A DNA stretch of 64,000 nt from an uncultured Clostridium sp. (GCA_900551615.1 URWN01000003.1:2812-66811); one strand, 5' to 3'; positions 51,765 to 61,945 are shown, counted from the stretch's first letter. Numbers and translations are program-made. Notes: generated by a model from the sequence alone, not told the origin.

Positions 51765-53147
51765 ATGAAAAATGATAATAAAAAAAGTAAAAATGTAATG
51801 AAAACAATAAAAATAATAACAATTATTTTATTAATTGTTTTAATTTCAATGATAGGATTTTTTGGAATATACAAACAAAACAAAAATCAAATGTCTAATA
51901 TTGTAAAAGACTACACATATGCAATGGACATAAATGGAGCAAGAACATTAAAATTAACATTAAATTCTGAAAATGGAGACGATGTAAAAACAGCAGAAAA
52001 TTATGAAACAGCAAAAACAATAATAGAAAAAAGATTAAAAAAATTAGATGTTCAAGAATACAAAATAGGAGTAAATGAAGAAACAGGAGAAATAACAGTC
52101 CAAATACCAGAAAACACACAAACAGATGAAATAGTTTCAAATTTAACAACAGTAGGAAAATTTGAAATTATAGATAGTGAAACAAATGATGTATTATTAG
52201 ACAATAGTTCAATAAAATCATCAAAAGTTTTATATAATACTACACAATCAGGAACATCAGTATATTTAGAAATTTCATTTGATAAAAATGGAAAAAATAA
52301 ATTAGAAGAAATAAGTAAAACATATGTAAAATCAGAAAATAATACAACAGAAAATACTACTTCAGAAGACACAAACAGTACTGAAGAAAAAGAAAATAAC
52401 ACAGAAGAAACAAACACAACATCTGAAAATTCAAAATCAACAGAAAAGAAAATAACAATGAAAATTGATGATGATGAAATAATGTCAACATCTTTTGATG
52501 AAGCAATAACAACTGGAAAAATACAATTATCAGTTGGACAAGCATCAACAGATTCTTCAACAGTACAAGGATATGTAAAACAAGCACAAAATGTAGCAAC
52601 AGTATTAGATACTGGAAAATTACCAGTAAAATATGATGTAGAAAAAAATCAATATGTACTTTCAAATATATCAAAGCAAGATTTAATTTATGTAGCAATT
52701 GCGATGGCTGTTGTAACAATTATAGGAATAATTGTTTTAATAGTAAAATATAAAACAAATGGATTATTAGCTGGAATTTCATATATAGGTTTATCAGCGT
52801 TATATTTAATAGTAATTAGATATACAAATGTTACTATATCAATAGATTCAATATTTGCTATAGGAATAATATTAATATTAAATTATATATTTATATATAT
52901 GTTATTATCTAATATTAGAAAAATGAATGATTCAAAAATTGAAAATGTAGTTGGTAAATCAGTATCAGAAACATATAAAAAATTCTTTATGAGAATAATA
53001 CCAATTTGTGTTGTAGTAATTACATTCTGCTTTGCAAGTTGGATACCAATGAATAGTTTTGGCATGACAGCATTCTGGGGAATTGCAATTATAGCAATTT
53101 ATAATGCAATTATAACAAATGGACTATTAAGAATAAAAAATAAATAA
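51765..53147 (+). CDS. secD: Divergent SecD-like translocase subunit
   Basis: N-terminal TM helix, a large extracytoplasmic domain (AMDINGARTLKL resembles the GLDLxGG start) and a C-terminal 5-TM bundle. Contains an N/T/E/S-rich low-complexity insert. Confidence 0.5.
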   Translation: MKNDNKKSKNVMKTIKIITIILLIVLISMIGFFGIYKQNKNQMSNIVKDYTYAMDINGARTLKLTLNSENGDDVKTAENYETAKTIIEKRLKKLDVQEYKIGVNEETGEITVQIPENTQTDEIVSNLTTVGKFEIIDSETNDVLLDNSSIKSSKVLYNTTQSGTSVYLEISFDKNGKNKLEEISKTYVKSENNTTENTTSEDTNSTEEKENNTEETNTTSENSKSTEKKITMKIDDDEIMSTSFDEAITTGKIQLSVGQASTDSSTVQGYVKQAQNVATVLDTGKLPVKYDVEKNQYVLSNISKQDLIYVAIAMAVVTIIGIIVLIVKYKTNGLLAGISYIGLSALYLIVIRYTNVTISIDSIFAIGIILILNYIFIYMLLSNIRKMNDSKIENVVGKSVSETYKKFFMRIIPICVVVITFCFASWIPMNSFGMTAFWGIAIIAIYNAIITNGLLRIKNK

Positions 53148-53206
53148 AATGAGTTAATGATTGTTGGCAGTATAGCAATATTGCTAACAAAACTTCAAAG
53201 GAAGGA

Positions 53207-53866
53207 ATGAAAAAAATGAAACAAAAAAGTGCAAAAATAATAATAGCTTTAATAGCAATCATATTAATAGCAGGAACAATAATGTTATGCACAAAAGGTT
53301 TGGTATTTGGATTAAATTATGAAGATAGCAAAAAAGTAGAAATAAATTTAGGAAAACAATTTGAAGAAAAAGATATAAAAGAAATAACAAATGATGTATT
53401 TGGGAAACAACCTGTTTTAATACAAGCAATAGAAGTATATAAAGATGCAGTAAGCATAACAACAACAGAAATTAGTGATGAACAAAAAGCAAATTTAATA
53501 ACAAAGCTAAATGAAAAATATGGAACAGATATATCAACAGATGATATAACAATAGAGGCAAATGCCCATATTAGAGGAAGAGATATAGTAAAACCATATA
53601 TAGTTTCTTTTGCAATAGCAACAGTAATAGTTTTAGTATATTTATCAATTAGATATTATAAATTAAATTCATTAAAAGTTTTGGCAAAATCAATAGGAAT
53701 TATGTTATTGGCTCAATTAATATTATTAGCAATTATAGCAATTGCTAGAATTCCAATAGGAGTATTAACAATGCCAGTTGTATTATTAATATATGTATTA
53801 TCAACATATATCTGTACAACAAAATTTGATAAAGATTTAGATAAAAAATTACAAGAAAACAATTAA
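53207..53866 (+). CDS. secF: Short SecF-like translocase subunit
   Basis: N-terminal TM helix, a small P1-like domain and a C-terminal hydrophobic bundle. Position after secD. Shorter than typical SecF. Confidence 0.4.
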   Translation: MKKMKQKSAKIIIALIAIILIAGTIMLCTKGLVFGLNYEDSKKVEINLGKQFEEKDIKEITNDVFGKQPVLIQAIEVYKDAVSITTTEISDEQKANLITKLNEKYGTDISTDDITIEANAHIRGRDIVKPYIVSFAIATVIVLVYLSIRYYKLNSLKVLAKSIGIMLLAQLILLAIIAIARIPIGVLTMPVVLLIYVLSTYICTTKFDKDLDKKLQENN

Positions 53867-53936
53867 GCTTGTTATAAACAAATGAATAATGAAAAAAGTT
53901 TTAAAAACATGTCTTGAGGAAGGGATGATATAAAAA

Positions 53937-56225
53937 ATGGGAAACATAGTTTTACTTGATGACCTAACTATAAATAAAATAGCAGCAGGAGAAGTTATAG
54001 AAAGACCAGCTTCAGTTATAAAAGAAATGGTTGAGAACTCAATAGATGCAGGAGCAAATAATATAACAGTAGAAATAAAAAATGGTGGAATATCATATAT
54101 AAGAGTTTCTGATAATGGAAAAGGAATTGCTCCAGATGACCTAGAAATTGCTTTTGAAAGACATGCTACAAGTAAAATAAGAAAAGCAGAAGACCTAGAT
54201 GTTGTAACATCAATGGGATTTAGAGGTGAGGCATTAGCAAGTATAGCAGCTATTGCAAATGTAGAAATGACATCAAAAACAGAAAGCCAAGATACCGGAT
54301 ATAAAATAACTGTAGAAGCTGGAAATATATTAGATAAACAGGAAGTTGGATGTCAAACAGGTACAACTATAGTTGTTCAGAACCTATTTTTTAATACACC
54401 AGTAAGATACAAATTTTTGAAAAAAGATTATACAGAAGCAGGATATATTGAAGATGTAATTACAAGAATCGCTTTAGTAAATCCCAACATAGCAATAAAA
54501 TTAATAAATACAGGGAAAACAGTAATTCAAACAAATGGTAATGGTGATATGAAAAGTGTAATTTATAGTATATACGGAAAAGATGTTGCAACAGGAATAT
54601 TACCAGTTGATTACACATATGAAGATATAGAAATTACCGGAGTTATAGGAAAACCTGAAATAGCAAGGTCAAACAGATCAAATCAATTATTTTTTGTAAA
54701 TAAAAGATATATAAAAGATAAGATGTTGACAGCTGCAACAGAACAAGCATATAAAGGTTTAATTCCAATTGGAAAATATGGATTTGTTGTATTAAATATT
54801 AATATGAATCCTTCAAAAGTTGATGTTAATGTGCATCCAGCAAAATTGGAAGTAAGATTTGAAGAAGAAAATAAGATATTTCAATCAATATATCATGCAA
54901 TAAAAAATACTTTACTAAAAAGTGAATTGGTTGCAGATACAGAAAAAAGTTCAGAAAGATCAGAACAAGTAAAAAATGAACCTTCAAAAGGATTATTTGA
55001 TTTTAGAAAAAATGAAACTAAAAAAATAGAACAATATAATGATGAAGAAAGCAAAATTAAGACAAATGTTGGACAAGTTGAACATGGTGAAAATTTTTCA
55101 AATATTAATATTGGACAAGGTGGTCCTGTTAATACTGCAGACATATTAGAACAATTGAAAAAAATGAAAGAAAATCTTCAAAAACAAATAGAGAATAAAC
55201 CAAAGATTGATGTTGAAGTGCAAGAAAATGAACAAAAAAATGAATCAGAACAATTAAATCAAGAAGATGAAAAAGAAAATAAAATTATTGATGAAAATAA
55301 TGATAAAACAGAAGAAAATTTGCAAAAACAACCAGAAAAAGACAATGAAGAAGAACTAGAAAAAGAACAGGAAGAAGAAAAACAAAATGTTGAAGAAACT
55401 GTGGTAACAGGAACAAAACCAGAGGAAAAATTAGAAGAAATAAAAGAACAGATAAAAGAATTAGAAAACATAAATTATGAAGAAACAACACCACAAGATT
55501 TTAATACAATGTATGAAAAATTATTTGGTAGAAAACCAATAGAAAATGAACAATTACCAGAAGAACAACCAAAAGAAAATAAAAATACAGCAGTAGATTT
55601 AATAAATGATAATATATCAGTATTTGAGCAAAGAGAAGAATATAAAAAACCAATATATAAATTTATAGGAATAGCATTTAATACATACATAATTATAGAA
55701 ATGGATAAAGAAATGTATATAATAGACCAACATGCAGCACATGAAAGAATTATGTACGAAAAAGTTAAGAAAAATTATTATAGTGAATCTTCAAAAGACT
55801 CACAAATGTTACTATTACCAGATGTTATAACATTAACACATAAAGAAATGGAAATAGCAAAAGACAATATGGATTTATTTAAAAATGCTGGATTTAGCTT
55901 AGAAGAATTTGGAGAGAACACAATAAAATTAACAGGTGTACCAACAGTATGCTTAGATATAGATAACAAAGAATTGTTTTTAGAAACATTAGATGAAATA
56001 AATACAATTGCAAGGACTGCAAAACAAGAAAAAGAGGAAAGATTTATTGCAACAGTAGCATGTAAAGCAGCAGTGAAAGCAAATATGGTGTTAGATAAAG
56101 CAGAGGTAGAAAATTTAATGGACAAATTATTAGAATTACCAAATCCATTTACATGTCCACATGGTAGACCTACAGCAATAAAAATGAGCAAATATGATAT
56201 TGAAAGAAAATTTGCAAGAAAATAG
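53937..56225 (+). CDS. mutL: DNA mismatch repair protein MutL
   Basis: GHKL ATPase motifs (IAAGEVIERPASVIKEMVENSIDAG, DNGKGI, GFRGEAL). C-terminal dimerisation and endonuclease motifs (DQHAAHERI, CPHGRP). Very long acidic linker. Confidence 0.95.
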   Translation: MGNIVLLDDLTINKIAAGEVIERPASVIKEMVENSIDAGANNITVEIKNGGISYIRVSDNGKGIAPDDLEIAFERHATSKIRKAEDLDVVTSMGFRGEALASIAAIANVEMTSKTESQDTGYKITVEAGNILDKQEVGCQTGTTIVVQNLFFNTPVRYKFLKKDYTEAGYIEDVITRIALVNPNIAIKLINTGKTVIQTNGNGDMKSVIYSIYGKDVATGILPVDYTYEDIEITGVIGKPEIARSNRSNQLFFVNKRYIKDKMLTAATEQAYKGLIPIGKYGFVVLNINMNPSKVDVNVHPAKLEVRFEEENKIFQSIYHAIKNTLLKSELVADTEKSSERSEQVKNEPSKGLFDFRKNETKKIEQYNDEESKIKTNVGQVEHGENFSNINIGQGGPVNTADILEQLKKMKENLQKQIENKPKIDVEVQENEQKNESEQLNQEDEKENKIIDENNDKTEENLQKQPEKDNEEELEKEQEEEKQNVEETVVTGTKPEEKLEEIKEQIKELENINYEETTPQDFNTMYEKLFGRKPIENEQLPEEQPKENKNTAVDLINDNISVFEQREEYKKPIYKFIGIAFNTYIIIEMDKEMYIIDQHAAHERIMYEKVKKNYYSESSKDSQMLLLPDVITLTHKEMEIAKDNMDLFKNAGFSLEEFGENTIKLTGVPTVCLDIDNKELFLETLDEINTIARTAKQEKEERFIATVACKAAVKANMVLDKAEVENLMDKLLELPNPFTCPHGRPTAIKMSKYDIERKFARK

Positions 56226-56241
56226 ATAAGGAGATAAATAT

Positions 56242-56667
56242 ATGGCACTTATTATAGGAATAATAATAATATTACTTTTAGTTTTACTAGGTTGGACATG
56301 GCATAATTTAGGAACAATTGAAAATAAAACAAAGATCATATGTATAGTTTCAGGATTAGTAATTGTATATATAATTACATTTATAATTTTCAGTATATCA
56401 AAAGTGGGAATAAACTATGAAAATAAAGAAATATTAAAACTAGTACAAACAATATTTGTAATATTATTTACAATAATAAATGGATATATATTGTTACCAT
56501 ACATATTTAAAAAGCTAGAACAAATAGATAATGATGAAATTGAAAAAGAAAAATTAGTTAAAGGAATTGTAATTTTATTAGTTTTGTTTATATTTATTGC
56601 AATATTTGAAGTGTCATATTTAGGTAGCATTCAAAGTGGTATATTAGATATGATAAAGAGAAGATAG
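56242..56667 (+). CDS. Hypothetical 4-TM membrane protein
   Basis: 141 aa, hydrophobic. Sits between mutL and miaA. Confidence 0.5.
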   Translation: MALIIGIIIILLLVLLGWTWHNLGTIENKTKIICIVSGLVIVYIITFIIFSISKVGINYENKEILKLVQTIFVILFTIINGYILLPYIFKKLEQIDNDEIEKEKLVKGIVILLVLFIFIAIFEVSYLGSIQSGILDMIKRR

Positions 56668-56707
56668 GTGTTTAATAGGTTGGAACTTTTAGGAGGAATG
56701 AGATAAT

Positions 56708-57646
56708 ATGGAACAAAAAGAAAAAGTCATAGTAATATGTGGACCAACAGCATCTGGGAAAACAGCACTTTCAATAGAACTTGCGAAAAAAATAAATGGT
56801 GAAATAATATCAGCAGATTCCATGCAAATATACAAAGACATGAATATAGGAACTGCAAAACCAACATTAGAAGAAATGCAAGGCATTAAACATTATCTTT
56901 TAGATTTTGTATCTCCAAATGAAAGATACAGTGTTGCACAATATAAAAAAGATGCAAAAAAAGCAATAAAAGAAATTTTACAAAAAGGAAAAACACCAAT
57001 TATTGTTGGTGGTACAGGACTATATGTTGATAGTTTGATATATGAAATAGAATATAATGATATTAAGCTAGATATGAATTATAGAAAAGAATTAGAAGAA
57101 ATAGCAGAACAAAAAGGCTTGGAAATTTTGTATAATAAAGCTTTAGAAATAGATCCAAAGGCAATGGAAAAAATAAGCAAAAATGATAAAAAAAGAATAT
57201 TAAGAGTTTTAGAAATTTATAAAGCAACAGGAAAAACAAAGACTGAGCAAGAAATGGAATCAAGAAAAAATCCTGTGGAATATGATTACAAAGTATTTGC
57301 AATAAATTGGGAAAGAGAAAAATTATATCAAAGAATAAATAAAAGAGTAGATATAATGATAGAACAAGGATTAATAGAAGAAGTGAAATTAATTTTGAAA
57401 AAATATAATGAATTTCCAACAGCAATGCAAGGCTTAGGATATAAAGAAGTTGTAGATTATTTAAATGGAAATTATACTAAAGAAGAAATGATAGAAAAAA
57501 TAAAAATGGAAACACGAAGATATGCTAAAAGACAATTAACATGGTTTAGAAAAAATAAGCAGACAATATGGCTTGAAGGAACAAATGATATACAAAATAA
57601 TATAAATATTATTTTGGAGGGAATAGATATTGAAAGAAGAAAATAA
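56708..57646 (+). CDS. miaA: tRNA dimethylallyltransferase
   Basis: ICGPTASGKT P-loop, ISADSMQIYKDMNIGTAKP, GGTGLY. Confidence 0.95.
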   Translation: MEQKEKVIVICGPTASGKTALSIELAKKINGEIISADSMQIYKDMNIGTAKPTLEEMQGIKHYLLDFVSPNERYSVAQYKKDAKKAIKEILQKGKTPIIVGGTGLYVDSLIYEIEYNDIKLDMNYRKELEEIAEQKGLEILYNKALEIDPKAMEKISKNDKKRILRVLEIYKATGKTKTEQEMESRKNPVEYDYKVFAINWEREKLYQRINKRVDIMIEQGLIEEVKLILKKYNEFPTAMQGLGYKEVVDYLNGNYTKEEMIEKIKMETRRYAKRQLTWFRKNKQTIWLEGTNDIQNNINIILEGIDIERRK

Positions 57647-58910
57647 AGAGAAGAAAAAAACTAAAAATAAAGTTAATAGAAAAAAAATAGTTATGTATAT
57701 AGTATTAGCTTTGGTTATAATGTATTTAGTATATGCAGTATATCTATTAGTAAAACAACCTACAGACAAAGTTACAGTAGAAAATGGTACTTTATATTTA
57801 GAAGAAACAGACATAGGATACATAATAAGAGATGAGCAAGTTGTAAAGGGCAATAATTATAAAAATGGTATGGAGAGAATTAAGAATGAAGGTGAAAAGA
57901 CAGCAAAAGGAGACTCAATATATCGATATTATAGTAAAAACGAAGATAAATTAAAAGAACAAATAGCTGAATTTGATAATAAGGTACAAGAGGCATTAAA
58001 AGGTCAAGAAGGAACACTTACTTCAGATATAAAATTATCAGAAATAAAACTACTAGAAAATCAACTGGATGAAAAAATTGCATTGTTAAATAAAACATCA
58101 GATATATCAAAAATTACTGAATATAAAAAGGAAATAAATGATTTAGTAAGTAAAAAAGCTAAACTTACAGGAGAATCCAGTGCAGCAGGAAGCTATTTAA
58201 AACAATTATATAATCAAAGAGCTAAATTAGAAGAACAACTGAATTCAGGAGCAGAATATATAAAAGCGCCTGAAAGTGGAATTGTTTCTTATAAAGTTGA
58301 TGGATTAGAAGAAACATTAACACCTAATAATTTTTCAACGATAAATAAAGAATTTTTAGAAAACTTAAAATTAAAGACGGGACAATTAATAGCAACAAAT
58401 GATGAATGTGGAAAAATAATAGATAGCTCAAAATGCTATATAGCTACAATTTCTAATTCCGAACAAGCAAAACAAGCCCAAATAGGGGATTCGGTAAAGG
58501 TGAGATTATCAAACAGTAAAGTGATTAAAGCCACTATAACGTATACATCACAAGAAAGTGAAGAAGAAACATTAATAATTCTAGAAATAAATAAACAAAT
58601 AAGTGAACTTGCAAATTACAGAAAAATATCTTTTGACTTAATTTGGTGGAATGAAACAGGATTAAAAGTTCCAAATCAAGCAATTGTAGAAGAAAATGGA
58701 TTTAATTATGTAGTTAGAAATAGAGCGGGTTATTTAGACAAAATACTTGTAAATGTTACAAGAAAAAATGACAAATATTCAATAGTTACTAATTATAGTA
58801 CAGATGAACTTAAAAATTTAGGATTTTCAAGTACAGATATTCAAAAAATGAAAAGTATATCTATTTATGATGAATTAATATTAAATCCTGATTTGAGTAA
58901 AGCAAATTAA
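57630..58910 (+). CDS. Membrane-anchored HlyD/membrane-fusion-like protein
   Basis: TTG start overlapping the miaA end. Lys-rich N-terminus, one TM helix, a long coiled-coil segment and a beta-rich C-terminus. Family call is tentative. Confidence 0.4.
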   Translation: MKEENKEKKKTKNKVNRKKIVMYIVLALVIMYLVYAVYLLVKQPTDKVTVENGTLYLEETDIGYIIRDEQVVKGNNYKNGMERIKNEGEKTAKGDSIYRYYSKNEDKLKEQIAEFDNKVQEALKGQEGTLTSDIKLSEIKLLENQLDEKIALLNKTSDISKITEYKKEINDLVSKKAKLTGESSAAGSYLKQLYNQRAKLEEQLNSGAEYIKAPESGIVSYKVDGLEETLTPNNFSTINKEFLENLKLKTGQLIATNDECGKIIDSSKCYIATISNSEQAKQAQIGDSVKVRLSNSKVIKATITYTSQESEEETLIILEINKQISELANYRKISFDLIWWNETGLKVPNQAIVEENGFNYVVRNRAGYLDKILVNVTRKNDKYSIVTNYSTDELKNLGFSSTDIQKMKSISIYDELILNPDLSKAN

Positions 58911-58954
58911 AATGTTACAAAAATGTTACAGAAATATTAAAAATTTATTACATT
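58911..58954 (+). repeat. Four 11-bp-phased TGTTACA/TATTACA units
   Basis: AATGTTACAAA AATGTTACAGA AATATTAAAAA TTTATTACATT, just upstream of a TTGACA at 58966 ahead of sepF. Confidence 0.6.
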
Positions 58955-59034
58955 TTAAAAAAGTATTGACAATAAACAAAAAAAAGTAGATACTATTAGC
59001 ATAATATGTAAGAAAAAATTTAGGAGGTTTTTTT

Positions 59035-59523
59035 ATGTCAGGAGCATTAATGAATAAAGTTTGGGATTTATTTGGAATGGATTCAGCTGAACCAGAAGGA
59101 TATGAAGATGAAAATATCTATGATTATGATAATAATGAGGAAGAAGAAACAGAAGATAACAAAAAAATATTTGGAAGAAAAAATAACAAAGTAGTAAATA
59201 TGCCACAAGCACAAGGTCAAGCTATAAAAATGGTTATATCACAACCAACAACATTTGAACAATCAGATGAAATTTGTAGCTTTTTAAAAGAAAAAAAATC
59301 TATAATTGTTAATCTAGAATATGTAAATAAAGATGTTGCTAGAAGAATAGTAGATTTTATTAGTGGTGGAGTTTATGCATTAGATGGCTATATCCAAAAA
59401 GTATCAAATTCAATCTTTTTAGTTGCACCATCAAACTATGAAATAACAAATGAAATGGCAAGAGAAGAAATGAAAAGCAAATTATCAGTTTCATGGTTAA
59501 AAAATAACAATGTAAATAATTAA
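59035..59523 (+). CDS. sepF: Cell division protein SepF
   Basis: N-terminal MxxVWDLFG membrane-targeting helix and a conserved C-terminal domain (IVNL..., DFISGGVYALDG...). Confidence 0.9.
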   Translation: MSGALMNKVWDLFGMDSAEPEGYEDENIYDYDNNEEEETEDNKKIFGRKNNKVVNMPQAQGQAIKMVISQPTTFEQSDEICSFLKEKKSIIVNLEYVNKDVARRIVDFISGGVYALDGYIQKVSNSIFLVAPSNYEITNEMAREEMKSKLSVSWLKNNNVNN

Positions 59524-59554
59524 TTAAATAATTTTTTACATGTAGGAGGAAAAA

Positions 59555-60007
59555 ATGATTACACCGTTAGATATAGATAATAAAAGATTTTCAAAACAAA
59601 TGGTAAATGGATATAGTGTTGAAGAAGTTGACGATTTTTTAGATGAATTAACTGCAGATTATTCTAAAAATTATAAAGAAGTTAACGAATTAAGAGCGAA
59701 AGTTGAAGAATTAAATAATAGTTTAGTTCAATATAAAACAATTGAGTCAACTTTACAGAATACATTAGTAATGGCTCAATCAACAGCAGAAGAAGTAAAA
59801 AATGTAGCAAAACAAAAAGCTGACCAAATAGTAGATGAAGCTAAAGTAAATGCCCAAAAACAAGTAGATGAATTGAACAATGAAATAATAATGAGACAAA
59901 AAGAATTAGATGATGTAAAAAAACAATTCGATATATATAAAGCAAAAATGGAGTCTTTATTAATTTCTCAATTGGAGTTATTGAAAGATGTAAATAAAGA
60001 AGATTAG
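59555..60007 (+). CDS. divIVA: DivIVA-domain protein
   Basis: MITPLDIDNKRFSKQMVNGYSVEEVDDFLDEL followed by coiled coil. Confidence 0.9.
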   Translation: MITPLDIDNKRFSKQMVNGYSVEEVDDFLDELTADYSKNYKEVNELRAKVEELNNSLVQYKTIESTLQNTLVMAQSTAEEVKNVAKQKADQIVDEAKVNAQKQVDELNNEIIMRQKELDDVKKQFDIYKAKMESLLISQLELLKDVNKED

Positions 60008-60148
60008 AAGAAGTTTAGCCATAGGGTTAGGCTTTTTTTGGCATTTTACATAATTTAGTGTATAATTAAAATGTATAATAAATATTTATTAATATAATTC
60101 CTCGTGTAGAGGCTTAAAGATATATGAAACTATAAACAAAAATTATTT

Positions 60149-60559
60149 TTGGAGGAAAAAAAGATGAAAGAAAAACTTTTAAGATTAGCATTTAATGAGG
60201 ATAAAGTACAGAATAAATTATTTATTTTAACCACAATTTTGGTTTGGGTGTTGTATGGATTAACTGGCTGCGAATTCCTATTTGCTTTAGTAGGAATTAT
60301 GGTTTTTGGTATTGCATTTGTATATGAAATCAAGGAAATAGGAATACCAAAGATAAAAAAGAATGGAATTATAAAGATTCTTGTTTCAACGTGGACAGTT
60401 TGGTTCATAGTACTTGGCTTAATATTTGTTTTTATAATTAAATACTATATGACAATATCGTCAGACATAATCAATTGCATAATTACAGCAATTGTAGGAA
60501 TAATCGCAATGTGCGTTGTGGCTTTTGAACTTAAACATATATTTTATAAAAAACTTTAA
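60149..60559 (+). CDS. Hypothetical 4-TM membrane protein
   Basis: 136 aa (alternative start 60164). Terminator at 60593. Confidence 0.45.
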   Translation: MEEKKMKEKLLRLAFNEDKVQNKLFILTTILVWVLYGLTGCEFLFALVGIMVFGIAFVYEIKEIGIPKIKKNGIIKILVSTWTVWFIVLGLIFVFIIKYYMTISSDIINCIITAIVGIIAMCVVAFELKHIFYKKL

Positions 60560-60592
60560 TTTATCCGTATTAAATAGTAAAAGTTACAAAAA

Positions 60593-60625
60593 TGTAGGCA
60601 GGAATCCTGCCTACATTTTTGTTTT
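60593..60625 (+). terminator. Rho-independent terminator
   Basis: TGTAGGCAGG-AAT-CCTGCCTACA stem with a T-run. Confidence 0.8.
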
Positions 60626-60692
60626 AATTATATTTTTTATTGTTATCAATATAATTATTCAATTGAAAATTTTAGAAAAATATTGACGAAAA

Positions 60693-60744
60693 ATATTACA
60701 AAATTGGAACAATATTACAGAACTATTAAATATATATTACAATT
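60693..60744 (+). repeat. TATTACA/TATTAAA units, mostly 11-bp phased, upstream of the rsmD promoter
   Basis: TATTACA at 60694, 60713 and 60735. TATTAAA at 60724. TGGAACA at 60705. Confidence 0.45.
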
Positions 60745-60807
60745 GTGTTAATTCTATTGACATTGACAGAAAAAACGATAAAATTATAACATAGGAGAAA
60801 AAGCAAA

Positions 60808-61365
60808 ATGAGAATAATAAGTGGAACAGCCAGAGGTACGAAATTATATACATTAGAAGGAAAAGCAACAAGACCAACATTAGATAGGGTAAAAGAATCA
60901 TTGTTTAATATAATACAAAATGAAATAATAAATTCCAATTTTTTAGATGTATTTTCAGGTAGTGGAGCAATAGGATTAGAGGCAGCAAGTAGAGGATCAA
61001 AAAAAGTTATATTATGTGATAAATCAAAAGACGCAATAAATATAATAAATAAAAATATAGAAAAAACACATTTAAAAGAAAAGGTAGAATTATATAATTT
61101 AGATTATGAGACATTGCTAAAAAATAAAGTGAAAGAAAAAATGGATATCATATATATAGATCCACCATATAATTCAGATTTTGCAATAAAATCAGTTGAA
61201 TATATAATTAGTCAAAAAATAGCTGATGAAAATTCAACAATAATAATAGAAACAGATAATGAAGAAAAAGTATTAAATGAACTAAAGAAAATAGATATTG
61301 AGATAATAGATAAAAGAAGATATGGAAGAGCAACATTAATCTTTATAAAAATTAGAAAGGGGTAA
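60808..61365 (+). CDS. rsmD: 16S rRNA (guanine966-N2)-methyltransferase RsmD
   Basis: MRIISGTARGTKL...RPTLDRVKESLFN, DVFSGSGAIGLEA, and a DPPY motif. Confidence 0.9.
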   Translation: MRIISGTARGTKLYTLEGKATRPTLDRVKESLFNIIQNEIINSNFLDVFSGSGAIGLEAASRGSKKVILCDKSKDAINIINKNIEKTHLKEKVELYNLDYETLLKNKVKEKMDIIYIDPPYNSDFAIKSVEYIISQKIADENSTIIIETDNEEKVLNELKKIDIEIIDKRRYGRATLIFIKIRKG

Positions 61366-61369
61366 AACC

Positions 61370-61873
61370 ATGGAGATATTTGAACTACTAGAAACTTTGG
61401 AGGATATAATTGAAAAAAGTAGAAATGTACCATTTTCAAGTAAAGGAATTGTAGATAAAGAAGAAATGCTAGACTTAATAAAGGAAATAAGACTAAAACT
61501 TCCAGATGAGCTAAAACAAGCTAAATGGGTAAAAGAAGAAAGACAACGTATATTAGTAGAAGCTCAAAAAGAAGCAGATGGAATAGTAAAAGAAGCAGAG
61601 AATAGAATTATATCAATGATAGATGAACATGAAATTACAAGAAAAGCATATGAACAAAAGAAAGAAATAATTGAGAATGCTAATGAAAGATCAAGAGAAA
61701 TATCTAATGGAACTAAAGAATATGCAGATGAATTATTAGCACATACAGAAGATGTATTAACACAAACATTAGGTGGATTAGAGAAAAATATATCAGAAGC
61801 TCTAAAATTAATGGAAATGTCTATAGAAGACACATTAAAAACAGTTCAAAATAGTAGAAAAGAATTAAAATAA
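61370..61873 (+). CDS. Hypothetical coiled-coil protein
   Basis: 167 aa, charged and helical. No confident family. Confidence 0.45.
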   Translation: MEIFELLETLEDIIEKSRNVPFSSKGIVDKEEMLDLIKEIRLKLPDELKQAKWVKEERQRILVEAQKEADGIVKEAENRIISMIDEHEITRKAYEQKKEIIENANERSREISNGTKEYADELLAHTEDVLTQTLGGLEKNISEALKLMEMSIEDTLKTVQNSRKELK

Positions 61874-61907
61874 AGGGAAAGGTGGCAGGGCTTTTTTCCC
61901 TTTTTAT
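61873..61907 (+). terminator. Probable terminator
   Basis: AAGGGAAA ... TTTCCCTT stem with a T-run. Confidence 0.5.
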
Positions 61908-61945
61908 TATAATGTAACATTTTTAAGAAAAAACGGAGGAAAAAC

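Noticed and set aside
60008-60050. A terminator after divIVA (AGCC...GGCT followed by a T-run).
   Set aside because: Only a 4-bp stem can be drawn, which is too weak to annotate.
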